Source: Mobula hypostoma
Lineage: Eukaryota
Length of the DNA: 64,000 nt
Assembly: GCF_963921235.1 (NCBI RefSeq)
Contig: NC_086108.1
Location: 36,892,001-36,956,000 of the forward strand
Reading direction: 5' to 3'
The translations under genes were made by a program, and so were the position numbers. Under the pieces are notes generated by a model. It worked only from the letters and a program-made list of their open reading frames with translations. It ran no database searches and had not been told where the DNA came from. Positions 63,520-64,000 of the stretch are shown one piece after another (the first letter of the stretch is position 1; the number at the start of each line of letters is the position of its first letter).

Positions 63520-63720
63520 AAGGTACCATAGTGGTCAGCATTAATGCTGTTACAGTGCCAGCGGTTATGTTAGAGTCGTGGGCATGCTACATTAGCACCA
63601 GAAGCATAGCGACGCTTGTGGGCTGCTCAGAACAATCCCCATTGCTTTGATTTACTGCAAATGGCATATTTCACTGTATGTTTGGATGTCCATGTGACGA
63701 ATCTAATCATCTTTTATTTC
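63520..63720 (+). mobile_element. Deleted V-SINE-type element (head plus tail)
   Basis: GTGGTCAGCATTAATGCTGTTACAG head. Tail CTTGTGGGCTGC...TTTCACTGTATGTTT shared with 55300-55400. Confidence 0.5.
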
Positions 63721-64000
63721 TTGTATTCAAGTGCAGAGATGCTGAGAGCTGAGTGGCAGGAACTCTGTTGCAAACTACTGGCCGTCACACCTAGAGCTTC
63801 AAGCAATTTCGGAAACTGGAAATATCTGCAACAATTCAAACCAGTGGGCAGCTTCCGGCCAGTTAACAAAAGAGGTGCAATATCAGAATAGGAGTTTTGT
63901 GTCTTTGCCTACCACCTCCATTGGGGATAATTCAGGATCTGTTTGCTCCTTGGTTAGTTTCAATGGTGATTTTATAGCTGAGATGAAGAAAGTTGTGAAT

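Overview
Repeat-saturated eukaryotic (vertebrate) genomic DNA with no recognisable host protein-coding exon. It is probably intronic or intergenic. The repeat mix (abundant CR1, V-SINE/HE1-like SINEs, Rex1/Babar, Neptune-type Penelope) suggests a cartilaginous fish, which is an inference. Main elements: a full-length but dead L1 (1627-9222, 15-bp TSD) whose ORF2 is interrupted by a young fold-back Penelope-like element (PLE; 647-bp near-perfect inverted arms, GIY-YIG endonuclease, 15-bp TSD); an IR/DR Tc1 split by Rex1; a mariner MITE with nested TIRs; an internally deleted Gypsy/Sushi-like LTR element with a 5-bp TSD; an RNase-H-bearing Nimb/I-type LINE; a near-full CR1 with an SGNH-esterase ORF1; and an internally deleted RTE/BovB-like LINE. 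The most striking signal is a family of about 11 PLE insertions carrying about a dozen minimal hammerhead-ribozyme motifs (AGTC-CTGANGA-stemII-GAAA-CG-TC-GACT). Four or five of these insertions are fold-backs, and in four the inverted arm stops at the same TGTGTG point about 38-41 nt short of the true 3' end. All coordinates were read by eye. Family names come from motif recognition, not database searches.
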